Source: an uncultured Methanosarcinaceae archaeon (lineage in GTDB: Archaea > Halobacteriota > Methanosarcinia > Methanosarcinales > Methanosarcinaceae). From it: a stretch of 64,000 bases of DNA. Location of the stretch: NCBI GenBank assembly GCA_963847185.1, contig CAWJYV010000007.1, forward strand, positions 672,001 through 736,000. Reading direction: 5' to 3'. Below the pieces are notes generated by a model. The model made no database searches, was not told the origin of the DNA, and saw only the letters and a list, made by a program, of their open reading frames with translations. This document shows, one piece after another, positions 1 through 9,313 of the stretch; the stretch's first letter is position 1, and each line of letters opens with the position of its first letter. A program made the translations under genes and the position numbers.

Positions 1-1
1 C

Positions 2-553
2 AGCAATAATATGCTTGTCAATAACACGGCAATCAGCAGCATTTATGGCATATGGATGAATTCTTCCAGCAATAATAACAATCTGACTGATAACAGAGCA
101 TCAAACAATGAAATCGGGATTTATTTGAGAACATCCAGTTACAACGAGTTGTCTGGTAACGGGGCAAACCTGAACAGTAGGTATGGAGTCTACTTATGGT
201 CTTCTGGGAACAATAAACTGGATAGTAACAGGGTTGTTTCGAATTCTGAATACGGTCTCTACATTCTTGACTCAGAAAACAACTCGATTTATAATAATTA
301 CCTCAATAACTTGAACAATACTTATCTCCAGGGTATAAACTCCGGAACAATGTTGAATACGACCAAAACAGAGGGAACGAATATTGTCGAAGGGCCCTAT
401 TTAGGTGGGAATTTCTGGGCTACACCAAACGGAGATGGTTTCAGCCAAACTCAAGTAGACTCAAATAACGATGGTATCTGCGACGTAGTTTATGCCTTGA
501 GTAACGAAAGCATTGATTATCTGCCTCTTTCGGGTTCTGGTACTACGGATTAA
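2..553 (+). CDS. NosD/parallel beta-helix cell-surface protein, C-terminal part (gene starts before the window)
   Basis: GIYL-x-SS-x-N-x-L-xx-N repeats, ending in the Methanosarcina-type YLGGNFW...GFSQ...NDGICD...DYLPL tail; frame open from position 2. Confidence 0.85.
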   Translation, partial: SNNMLVNNTAISSIYGIWMNSSSNNNNLTDNRASNNEIGIYLRTSSYNELSGNGANLNSRYGVYLWSSGNNKLDSNRVVSNSEYGLYILDSENNSIYNNYLNNLNNTYLQGINSGTMLNTTKTEGTNIVEGPYLGGNFWATPNGDGFSQTQVDSNNDGICDVVYALSNESIDYLPLSGSGTTD

Positions 554-759
554 TAGAGAGCTTTGTATAAGATGTGTTATCCTTACTCTCCGGTATAAGC
601 CAGCAACCTGGGTGCCAGTGAAAACAGCGAACAGCATTAATGGAGATTGGTGTATGGATTTTATAGGCACCTGCCTGCCAATCTCCAGAAAATGTTTGAT
701 AAATTATTTTTTTTCTTTTACCCGCCTGAAAAAACTCGGGTAGCTGATTGATTATACAA

Positions 760-1317
760 CTACTCACTTTCTTTTTCAGGGGTATTTTCGAGGAATTTCT
801 GCAACCACACAACATCAAAATACTTCCCAAACTTGGTTCCTGCAGATTTGAACCTACCACATTCAACAAATCCGTTTTTTAAGTGAAAATTCAGGCTTGC
901 CTCATTTTTCGAAGAAACATTTACAAGGAGGCTTTTCATCTTTTTCTTTTGAGCTTCCCGGCAGAGTGTATCAAATAGCTTTGTTCCTAGCCCTTTTCTC
1001 GTATATGTCGGCAGAATAAAGTATGAGAGAACACCTGTGTGAAGAAAATTCGGAAAGGGTAAATAGGGTTTCAAGGCTCCTATGCCTATAATCCTGCTGT
1101 TTACTTCTATCACATAAAAAGGAAATTGCTCATCTTTCTTCTGCTCATTTCCTTCATAGATATTCTTGAAAAAGTCCGGGCCTACGGGAGTTTCGAGATA
1201 TGCTGCAAAACTATTTTCCACGTAGTAGTTAAAGACTTCAAGCATTTCCTGAATATCTTCAGACATAGCTTCTCTTATTGCAAAAGTTTTGAATTTATCT
1301 TCTTCCAGCATATGCAC
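760..1317 (-). CDS. GNAT N-acetyltransferase (YncA/Pat-like)
   Basis: TRKGLGTKL acetyl-CoA motif, NEASLNFH, GF...G.KFGKYFDVVWLQK; ends in TAG. Confidence 0.85.
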   Translation of the reverse strand: MHMLEEDKFKTFAIREAMSEDIQEMLEVFNYYVENSFAAYLETPVGPDFFKNIYEGNEQKKDEQFPFYVIEVNSRIIGIGALKPYLPFPNFLHTGVLSYFILPTYTRKGLGTKLFDTLCREAQKKKMKSLLVNVSSKNEASLNFHLKNGFVECGRFKSAGTKFGKYFDVVWLQKFLENTPEKESE

Positions 1318-1740
1318 ATAATCTGAGCATAATCATTTAAATTTTTTTATCTGTTGACGGTTAGTTTAGGAAAAGGTTTTACCAGGCGAGTTTAGGGAAG
1401 GGTTGTATCTATAGACACACAGAAGCTTTTCTAAAAGGCATTTTCAATTTTTAAGCCCTTTATGAGGCATATTGCTAGAACCTTGATATAATTTAACTCT
1501 AACCCCATATTTTTTCTACGCCCATCTTAAATTTTTAAGATATGATGGTATATTATCGAAACTGGTGTTTTTTGGACCGGATATTTGTCATGATTTATAT
1601 TTATAATTTATTTTCAGTGAGAAATATATTTATATACTTATGTTTTTCTATTATCCCTGTATAAAATAATGTGATCTTACTCTAATTTCCAGGCTGGGCT
1701 TTAATTTATTAAGAGGGGTCTAAGAGTCCAGAACTCTGAG

Positions 1741-2898
1741 ATGGTTATGCAACTGATATATTTCACTCAATACTCAGTCTTGGAAAATAAAAACCTAAGA
1801 GAAGATATCTTCTCAAGAAGTGAAAAATAGATGTTCCCTAAAGAAAACAAAATTATAGACAAAATTTGTGAAATCCCGGTTACACTTGGAGATGTCTCTG
1901 AAAGCATCTTCGGAGGTGTAAATACAAAAAACAGTCTGTTGAACAGACTTATCCTTCCTGAGGAAGGCGGTTCTGATTCATTTTATCTCTGCGAAGGTCT
2001 CTGCAGACCTGTATTTTTAGAGCCTGAACTTGTTTACCCATATGTATCTGGGTTATTTTCCGAAAAGTTTACTTTTCACCCTTCCCCTTACAGCTTTATG
2101 CTGCCTTATGAGTTTTCCGACGAAAGCAAAAAGGAAGAGTATAGAGTAATTCCTCCCGAGAAGCTAAAAGTCGAATTTCCTATGGCTTACAGAAGAATTC
2201 TGGAATTCAAAAAAGAGTTCCTTCACGATAATTCTTCACTTAGCTCTGCAGATTATAGTATAAAAGGGAGAAAATTCCTGGAGTACTTTAATACTCCCAA
2301 AATCATTGCTACTGAAGGCTATCACTTCCAGGCTGCATACGATTCTGCAGGAAATTGTGTATTTGAAGATGGCTGCGGAATTGTTCTCAAAGATCAGAGT
2401 AAATATCCTTATGTTACTTCAGTACTTAACAGCTCTATTGCTAGACTCTTTCCTGCAGTTTGCAAGTCTGAAATGATGTACTCGAGTGCCTCAGCGCCTG
2501 CGGTCTTAAAACATTTCCCCATTGTATTTCCTGATAACAGGTTGACTGAATCGCTTATAGATACTATTTACAGTTATCTTATGTACCTCAAAAGACAGAA
2601 ATATATAGCATACCATGAGACTTCAGCCTGGTTTGGAGAACTTGAAGGTTTCTACGAGCAAATCTTAGACCTCCTGGTTTTGGATACCTACTTTATAAAT
2701 GAACTTGATTCCCGGCTCATGGATGCCCTCGAAGAAAATATCCATCCTTATGCCGGAGACATGGAATCTGAAAATAGTGAAAACCTTCTAGGTGCTCTGT
2801 ATTACATAAAGCAGAAGATTCTTGAAACCTCAAGTTTTGGAAAATACAGGTTTAATACGGGATTAGCTGGCCTTCTAAGCTTTTCCTCTGAATGGTGA
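1741..2898 (+). CDS. Stand-alone TaqI-C-like target-recognition domain of type IIG R-M enzymes; start at 1741/1747 through an in-frame TAG (1828-1830), or at 1831
   Basis: TLGDV..IF.GV.T, LEPELVYPY, FP.AY, F.TPKII, Y...VLNS and FPI..P motifs; no methyltransferase or nuclease motifs. Confidence 0.65.
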
Positions 2899-2911
2899 AG
2901 AAAGCTCCTTT

Positions 2912-3256
2912 GGATCTTATCTCAAAATCCCTTTTTTAATTTTTATTTTTCCGTTATTTCAAGGGCTTTATCTTTCATTATTTTACATTTAGATTTATAT
3001 GAATAAGTTTATATCTCTTGACATCCCCTGACCCACGAGGTTACAAGCCCTCTCAGGGCAGAAAAGTAATTCTCAAGCAGAAGTAAAAAGACATTTAAAA
3101 TACAATTTTACTGCTTCAGTGATTATCTTTTTGGAGTTCCTTATGCTGCGGAGGTCTGGAGATAATCTATGCAGGCTATTCCCTCCTTAATGCTTACAAA
3201 TTCTTACAAACAGAAGCTCTGAGAGATTTCTAACCTTAAAGTTTTGAGATTGGATA
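2912..3256. mobile_element. MITE-like element (~345 bp) with imperfect terminal inverted repeats
   Basis: GGATCTTATCTCAAAA (2912-2927) versus TTTTGAGATTGGATA (3242-3256); no internal long ORF. Confidence 0.55.
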
Positions 3257-3367
3257 TCATCTTTTTCTAAAATCGATAGCCTTCTTTACAATGAGGAAAG
3301 TAGTTTTTCAACACATGCAACTTTATATCTAAGTCTTCGATACATCTAAAGATAACGGAGGTTTTTG

Positions 3368-3844
3368 ATGCCCGAGGTTACTGTTGTTGAACTAAGCCCC
3401 CAAGTAGTACTTGGAATACGCAAGAAAGGCTCTTACCAAGAAATTCCTTTAATGTTTCCCAGAATTTTTGATTTTGCTCTCAACAAAAATATTCAGATTG
3501 CTGGCTATCCCGTTTTCATCTGGCATGAGACTACGGTTGAAGAAGCTCAAAAAGCCGATACAGAAGGAAGTGCTGATATTGAAGTTTCATTCCCGATCTC
3601 AGAAATTATCGAAGTCCCGGAAGATAAGGAAATCCAGGTATATAAACTTCCGGGAGGAAAAATGGCAAAGATTGTTCATAAGGGTCCTTATGAAGAATGC
3701 ATTCTGACCTATGAAAAACTTTTTTCGTGGATTGCAGAAAGTGGAAAAATAATTGTTGGGCCTATTCGTGAGGTATATCTGAATGATCCCAGGGAAGTTC
3801 CGCCTGAAGAGATAACTACTGAAATTTACGCGCCTCTAGATTGA
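3368..3844 (+). CDS. GyrI-like small-molecule-binding protein
   Basis: LPGGKMA...HKGPYE....YEKL..WI...G...GPIREVYLNDP...TEIYAP. Confidence 0.9.
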   Translation: MPEVTVVELSPQVVLGIRKKGSYQEIPLMFPRIFDFALNKNIQIAGYPVFIWHETTVEEAQKADTEGSADIEVSFPISEIIEVPEDKEIQVYKLPGGKMAKIVHKGPYEECILTYEKLFSWIAESGKIIVGPIREVYLNDPREVPPEEITTEIYAPLD

Positions 3845-4147
3845 AACTGAAAATTTAATGTCCTTTCCTGAGTATTTTTTTCTTTCATTTTCTATTTTTC
3901 TCTTCTCTGTTTTCTTTCCCTTATTTTGTATATTCAGACTTTTGTCTCTTATAAATTCTATACTTCTTCTTAAATTAACACATAAACTTATATACATATT
4001 ACTTACGTAATTACTACAACATCCAGTGTTTTTTGATTTGATCTCGCTTGATTTGATCTTGCCGCCTGTGACAATTTCTCTAACGTTAATTGAAAATAGG
4101 AAGGTCGTCTTATAAATCTTCAAATCTACAATGCTGCATTTCCTTAC

Positions 4148-5833
4148 ATGGGAGCATTAATTTTTTCGGGGCTTATATCCATTTTACTTGCAATTAAAGC
4201 ATACAATACCTTCAATTCTCGAAAGACGCCTTCTTCAAAATATTTCATACTTATTATGCTAAGTATGTCCTTGTGGTCTGTTATTTACTCTTTTGAGGTA
4301 GGATTTATTGATTATGAACTCAAATTTCTTTTTGCCCGCCTGGAGTATTTTGGAATCGCCCTTGCTCCCGTAGCATGGTTTCTATTTGCAGCTGAATATT
4401 CAGGGATATGCAAACAATTCGTGAGAAAGTACGAGAGTATACTTTTCCTTTTTCCTTTTCTTACAATCCTGCTGGTGCTTAGCAGGTTTCATGAGCTCTA
4501 TCTTAAGGTTAGTCCCGGTTTCCATGGAGGCTTACATCTTGTTATCTCACATGGGCCCCTTTTCTGGATTTTTTATGCTTACTCCTTTATTTTAATTGTT
4601 TTTGGAATTTCTTTCTTTTTCAAGCAGTTCTTCAGTCTTTCTGCGCCCTTTAGAGGTCAGGCGGGAATCGTTCTTATGGCAGCTTGTATCCCTCTTCTGG
4701 GAAATATGCTCCATATTGCAGGTGTTGGTCCTTTTGAATTTCTCGATCCAACTCCTTTCTCGTTTACAATCACAGGTTTGATCCTTTTCTGGAGTACAAG
4801 GCAGTATGGATTTCTTAATATCGTTCCGATTGCAAGAGAAAGTGTTGTTGAATCAATGAAAGATGGTTATGTCGTAGTAGATCTTAAAAATTCCATAGTG
4901 GACATCAATAAGGCTGCTCTTGAGCTGACCGGAAAAACGAGAAAAGAAATTCTCGGGAAAGATTTTAATGAACTTTTCGGGGAGGGGATAGACCTTTCTC
5001 ACAATGATATTTATGAAGGTGATTTAGGCAAAGAGCTTTCTTTAAAAAGGGGACTTGATACTAAATTCTTTACTTTCAGTGTCAGTACCCTCAAGACCTG
5101 GGATTATCCGGAGGGTAAATTGATCCTGATTCATGATATTACTGAAATATACCGATATCAAGAAGCTTTGAAACAGGCTAACAAGAAGATAAATCTCATG
5201 AGCACTATCACCAGACATGATATCCTCAATCAGGTAAATGTGCTTTCAGGATATACGGAATTGATCGCTGAGACTCTTCCTCAGGATATTAGGAACGATC
5301 CTCGAATAGGAAAGTACCTTAAAAACCTCAATAAAGGAATTGAGACCATCCATAACCAGATTATTTTCACTAAAGATTACCAGGAACTTGGAGTGGTTTC
5401 TCCAATCTGGCAGTCTATAAACAGTGTGGCAAAAGATGCGGCTTTTGCCTTTTCTGGTCAGGGATTGAAATTTTCCATCGAGGAAAATGAACTGGAAGTG
5501 TACGCTGATCCTTTGTTCAGAAAAGTCTTTTACAACCTTTTTGACAATTCAAGAGCTCATGGAGAGCATGTTACTGAAATCAGCGTCAGCTCCAAGAAGG
5601 TTGAGGAAAGTGTTGTAATCGAAGTAAAGGATAATGGCATAGGAGTTTCTCCTTACATGAAAGAGCCAATTTTCGAGAAATCTGTCGGGAAAAACACGGG
5701 GCTTGGCCTTTTTCTGGTTCGAGGCATTCTTTCTATAACCGGCATGGGAATTAGAGAGATTGGAACTGAGGGAGAAGGCGCGAAGTTTGAGATCACAGTA
5801 CCGCCAGGTAATTGGCGCGGAAACATCCCTTAA
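4148..5833 (+). CDS. Sensor histidine kinase (7TM N-terminal domain, PAS, HisKA, HATPase)
   Basis: Multiple TM helices; PAS (ESMKDG..VVD...IVDINKAA); H-box TRHDILNQ; N box NLFDNS; G boxes DNGIG and GLGL. Confidence 0.9.
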   Translation: MGALIFSGLISILLAIKAYNTFNSRKTPSSKYFILIMLSMSLWSVIYSFEVGFIDYELKFLFARLEYFGIALAPVAWFLFAAEYSGICKQFVRKYESILFLFPFLTILLVLSRFHELYLKVSPGFHGGLHLVISHGPLFWIFYAYSFILIVFGISFFFKQFFSLSAPFRGQAGIVLMAACIPLLGNMLHIAGVGPFEFLDPTPFSFTITGLILFWSTRQYGFLNIVPIARESVVESMKDGYVVVDLKNSIVDINKAALELTGKTRKEILGKDFNELFGEGIDLSHNDIYEGDLGKELSLKRGLDTKFFTFSVSTLKTWDYPEGKLILIHDITEIYRYQEALKQANKKINLMSTITRHDILNQVNVLSGYTELIAETLPQDIRNDPRIGKYLKNLNKGIETIHNQIIFTKDYQELGVVSPIWQSINSVAKDAAFAFSGQGLKFSIEENELEVYADPLFRKVFYNLFDNSRAHGEHVTEISVSSKKVEESVVIEVKDNGIGVSPYMKEPIFEKSVGKNTGLGLFLVRGILSITGMGIREIGTEGEGAKFEITVPPGNWRGNIP

Positions 5834-5999
5834 AAACTCATTTTTGCAGTTCACTTTCCTATAAAAAACCTTATTCTGAAGGATCAAGCCAGAATCGAAA
5901 TACTTCTTTTGTTTAAACCGCACTTAATATCAATTTCACTATCATTTCAATAATATGAGTCTCATTGAGTCAAATTTAAATTCTGGAAAATATGCGGGG

Positions 6000-6320
6000 T
6001 TAAGAGACACCTGTAAAAGCCAGAAAGGCAGTTGATATTACCAGCAACAGGGTTGCAATTATCACTGCAATTAAGAGTTTATTTTGTTTTTCATTTATTT
6101 TGTCAGATCTCTTTCCCATTTCGAAAATTGCTCCTATGCTCACTCCAGCCCCAATCCCAATTGAGACACCTATAACTATCCCTTCCAGAGGGCTTCTCAA
6201 AGCAGGTCCAAGAATAAAAGCTCCATAGAGGCTTCCAAGGGCCGCACCTGCGGCAAAAGATAGTAGCATCCAGCACTTTTCGTTTTCATGTTTGTCTGAT
6301 GTTCCCATTTTCCCTCCCAT
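6000..6320 (-). CDS. Small membrane protein (glycine-zipper-like helices)
   Basis: Three hydrophobic segments, GVSIGIGAGVSIG; start uncertain (6308, 6320 or 6356). Confidence 0.6.
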   Translation of the reverse strand: MGGKMGTSDKHENEKCWMLLSFAAGAALGSLYGAFILGPALRSPLEGIVIGVSIGIGAGVSIGAIFEMGKRSDKINEKQNKLLIAVIIATLLLVISTAFLAFTGVS

Positions 6321-6456
6321 GTATTCAATCTTATATTCTTTCGAAAGTTTCTTCATTTATATGTTTTTATATTCCTTTGCCATTATATTATTTAATTCTA
6401 AAATATTCTCCAGAGAGCATTCTTTCAGTGAACAATTTTTCCACCCGGTGACAGAA

Positions 6457-7482
6457 ATGAGTAAACTTACCTTGAAAGAGAGATTTGAAAAGGCACTAAA
6501 AGGAGAAGCCTTAGATATGGTTCCTGTCTGTTCTGTAACTCAGACCGGCACTGTCGAACTTATGGAAATGGCTGGAGCATACTGGCCCCAGGCAAACTAT
6601 GATGCCAAAAAGATGGCTACGCTTGCACTGGCAGGATATGAGATTGCAGGATTCGAAAATGTCCGCTGTCCTTTCTGCACCACGGTGCTTGCCGAAACAT
6701 TTGGCTGTACGGTAGCTGAAGGAAGTATTGACATACAGCCCTATGTAACCGATTTCCCCTGCAAGAAAAAGAAAGATGTCAAAGAGTTAACAGTTCCTGA
6801 TTCGCTTCTCGAAAGCAGACGGACTTCAATAGTGCTGGATGCAGTTGAAATTCTAAAGGAAAAAGTCGGGGAAGACGTGCCTGTTATTGCCGGACTTGTA
6901 GGCCCTGCCGGACTCGCCTCCATGCTTGCCGGGATGAGAAACTATCTTATGTGGTTTGTAACAAATCCCGAAGTTGTTGAAGAGCTCATGGGGATTTTGA
7001 CCGAGGCATGTATAGAGTATGCAAACGGATTGCTGGATAGGGGAGCGGATGCAGTAACCCTTATAGATTCTGAGGCCGGACCTGATATTATTGCTCCTGA
7101 AATGTTCCAAACATCTGTCTTTCCTCTTTATAGAAAATTCTGCAGGGAGGTTAAAGGCTTGAGAATCCTTCATATGTGCGGAGACGCAACTGCGGTCCTT
7201 GATCCCCTTGCAAATGCAGGGTTTGAGGGGATAAGCATTGAAGAAAAAGTAGGTGTCAGTTTTGCAAAAAAGCTCGTGGGTAATCGAGTACGTCTTATAG
7301 GAAACGTTTCTCCTTCCGACACTCTGCTGACGAAAGGACCTGAAGAAGTTATAATAGAGGCTACTGCCTGCCTTGAAGATGGGATCGATATTCTTGCCCC
7401 TGGTTGCGGGCTTGCTCCTCAGACTCCACTTGCAAATATAAAAGCGCTTCTAAAGGCAAGGGATCTTTATTTCTCACAGTGA
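6457..7482 (+). CDS. Methylcobamide:CoM methyltransferase, MtaA/CmuA (URO-D) family
   Basis: PVCSVTQTG, zinc ligands HMCG and APGCG; ATG 6457 preceded by GGTGA. Confidence 0.9.
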   Translation: MSKLTLKERFEKALKGEALDMVPVCSVTQTGTVELMEMAGAYWPQANYDAKKMATLALAGYEIAGFENVRCPFCTTVLAETFGCTVAEGSIDIQPYVTDFPCKKKKDVKELTVPDSLLESRRTSIVLDAVEILKEKVGEDVPVIAGLVGPAGLASMLAGMRNYLMWFVTNPEVVEELMGILTEACIEYANGLLDRGADAVTLIDSEAGPDIIAPEMFQTSVFPLYRKFCREVKGLRILHMCGDATAVLDPLANAGFEGISIEEKVGVSFAKKLVGNRVRLIGNVSPSDTLLTKGPEEVIIEATACLEDGIDILAPGCGLAPQTPLANIKALLKARDLYFSQ

Positions 7483-7486
7483 TTTC

Positions 7487-8455
7487 TTACAGTATTTTTT
7501 CCTTAAGGGTCTCCTGAGGAAGCTTCTTAATAAGAAACTCTCTGGTTTCTTTAATCCTGTCTGAATCTTTAAGGCTAATGAATGCTGCACAAATCATTAT
7601 GAGAGCGCAGCCTGCAAGAGTCTCGGCGGATAACTTGATTCCCAGCAAAGCTATATCAAAAAATACCCCGCTGACAGGTTCTATCAGGGCAAGAAGGCTG
7701 CCTGTCTGGGCTTTGAGGTTGGCAAATCCCAGAACCGTGAAAATTTCTCCAAACCCTATGGATACTATCCCGAAGGCTGCAAGCACTTTCAGATTTCCAT
7801 AGAGAATTTCAGGGGATACATCAAGCGCAAAAGGGCTCAGCAACAAAAGAGCGATTCCCATTGGCCAGAAGATGATCGCAAGTTCCGGATACTCTGTTTT
7901 CAGGACTTTTACGTTCATAATCAAGGCTGCAAAGACCACTCCTGAGAGTAATCCTGCCACAATGCCAAGTATGTAATTACTGGTAAGTTCCAATCCTGAG
8001 AATCCTTCTGCAGGTCTGACGATCAGGAATACACCTGCAATTGCGATTAATAGAGCCGCTACGCTTTCTTTTCCTACTTTCTCATTCAGGATAAGAGGAG
8101 AAGCCAGCATTACATATATAGGGGCTGTATACTGGAGCAGGATGGCAATAGAAACACAGGTAATTTTAAGGCAAGTGAAGTAAAGCAACATGCAGGCAAT
8201 AACAAGAAATCCCTGCAATAGAAGGTTTCCTTTCTTTTTCTTTAATTTCAGATCTGAGGTTTTTCCTCTGCTAGCTATATATATGAAAAGAAATAGCAGT
8301 CCGAAAAATAATCTGTAGAAAATTATCGGAGAAATGGCCATATCATGGATCCGGGCAATGAAGAGTCCGTTCATACTGTAAAATATGCAGCCTGTAATTA
8401 CTGCCAGGTGAGCCTTTTTGTTCTCCAGAAGCATTTCAGAGTGGATATTATGCAT
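7487..8455 (-). CDS. EamA/DMT family transporter
   Basis: About 10 TM helices, LQYTAPIYV..ASPLILNEK, LIEPV; start uncertain. Confidence 0.85.
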   Translation of the reverse strand: MHNIHSEMLLENKKAHLAVITGCIFYSMNGLFIARIHDMAISPIIFYRLFFGLLFLFIYIASRGKTSDLKLKKKKGNLLLQGFLVIACMLLYFTCLKITCVSIAILLQYTAPIYVMLASPLILNEKVGKESVAALLIAIAGVFLIVRPAEGFSGLELTSNYILGIVAGLLSGVVFAALIMNVKVLKTEYPELAIIFWPMGIALLLLSPFALDVSPEILYGNLKVLAAFGIVSIGFGEIFTVLGFANLKAQTGSLLALIEPVSGVFFDIALLGIKLSAETLAGCALIMICAAFISLKDSDRIKETREFLIKKLPQETLKEKIL

Positions 8456-8507
8456 ACTATTTATATATCTATTGGGAAGTGTCATTATCATCCGGTAATA
8501 AGCAAGA

Positions 8508-8888
8508 ATGACTCATGGCAAATTTATGGAAAGAAAAAACTCCAAAGCAATCAGAGATCTTATACCCGAAATTACAAAACTTTCAGGCCGGAAATGCATA
8601 TTCAGGCAGCTTTCAGATCTCACTTTCCTTCCTGAACTTGAGGATAAGCTTAAAGAGGAACTCGAGGAGTACCTTGAAAGCAAAGAGCTTGAGGAGCTTG
8701 CAGACCTTCTTGAGGTTATTTACAGGATAGCAGAACTGAGGGGATCCTCAAAAGATGGTCTTGAGGCTTTAAGGGTTCATAAAAAGCTCGAAAAGGGAGG
8801 TTTTGAGAAAAATCTGCTCCTTCTTTCTCCTGCTGAAAAGATAGATCCTTCCTTCCTCTTCTTCTTCTTTGGACTTACTTCCTGCTGA
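8508..8888 (+). CDS. All-alpha NTP pyrophosphohydrolase (MazG/PRA-PH-like); possibly the N-terminal half of a fusion with the next ORF
   Basis: K.IRD.IPEI, KLKEELEEY....LEELADLLEVI, K..EKGGF. Confidence 0.8.
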   Translation: MTHGKFMERKNSKAIRDLIPEITKLSGRKCIFRQLSDLTFLPELEDKLKEELEEYLESKELEELADLLEVIYRIAELRGSSKDGLEALRVHKKLEKGGFEKNLLLLSPAEKIDPSFLFFFFGLTSC

Positions 8889-9270
8889 ATTACATCCCTC
8901 TGACCTTTCAGAATCCAATCATATAGTTTTCAGGCCTGAAAATGCAGAATTAATTGAGAAACACGGGGTCAGGATGAGGATTTATACCACTAAAGCGGAC
9001 TGCAAAAATGCTGCTCTCCTGTATCAGGATACAGAAATCGGACATACAGAAGAGTTTCTGCACGAAAGAAGTGATTTCATTTATTATATTCTTGAAGGAA
9101 GCGGTAGCTGGATAGTTGAAGACAGGGAATTTGAAGTCCAAGCCGGAGATGTGGTTGTCGTGCCTGCAGGGAAAAGATTCTGGTTCAAGGGAAGCCTTAA
9201 ACAGATTTGTATTACAGCTCCGGCCTGGGAAGAACAGTACGAGAGACACATAAAGTATCTTGAATTATAA
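8869..9270 (+). CDS. Cupin domain protein
   Basis: H.RSDFIYYILEGSG...AGDVVVVPAG; overlaps the preceding ORF in the +1 frame. Confidence 0.8.
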   Translation: MDLLPAELHPSDLSESNHIVFRPENAELIEKHGVRMRIYTTKADCKNAALLYQDTEIGHTEEFLHERSDFIYYILEGSGSWIVEDREFEVQAGDVVVVPAGKRFWFKGSLKQICITAPAWEEQYERHIKYLEL

Positions 9271-9313
9271 CTGCGTGAAATTTAATTATTTAATTATTGT
9301 TACTCATTTTGTT

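Noticed and set aside
718-762. Pyrrolysine read-through of the GNAT TAG stop (also checked at 11564 and 20669)
   Set aside because: The extensions are only 13, 3 and 2 codons before TAA/TGA and add no domain
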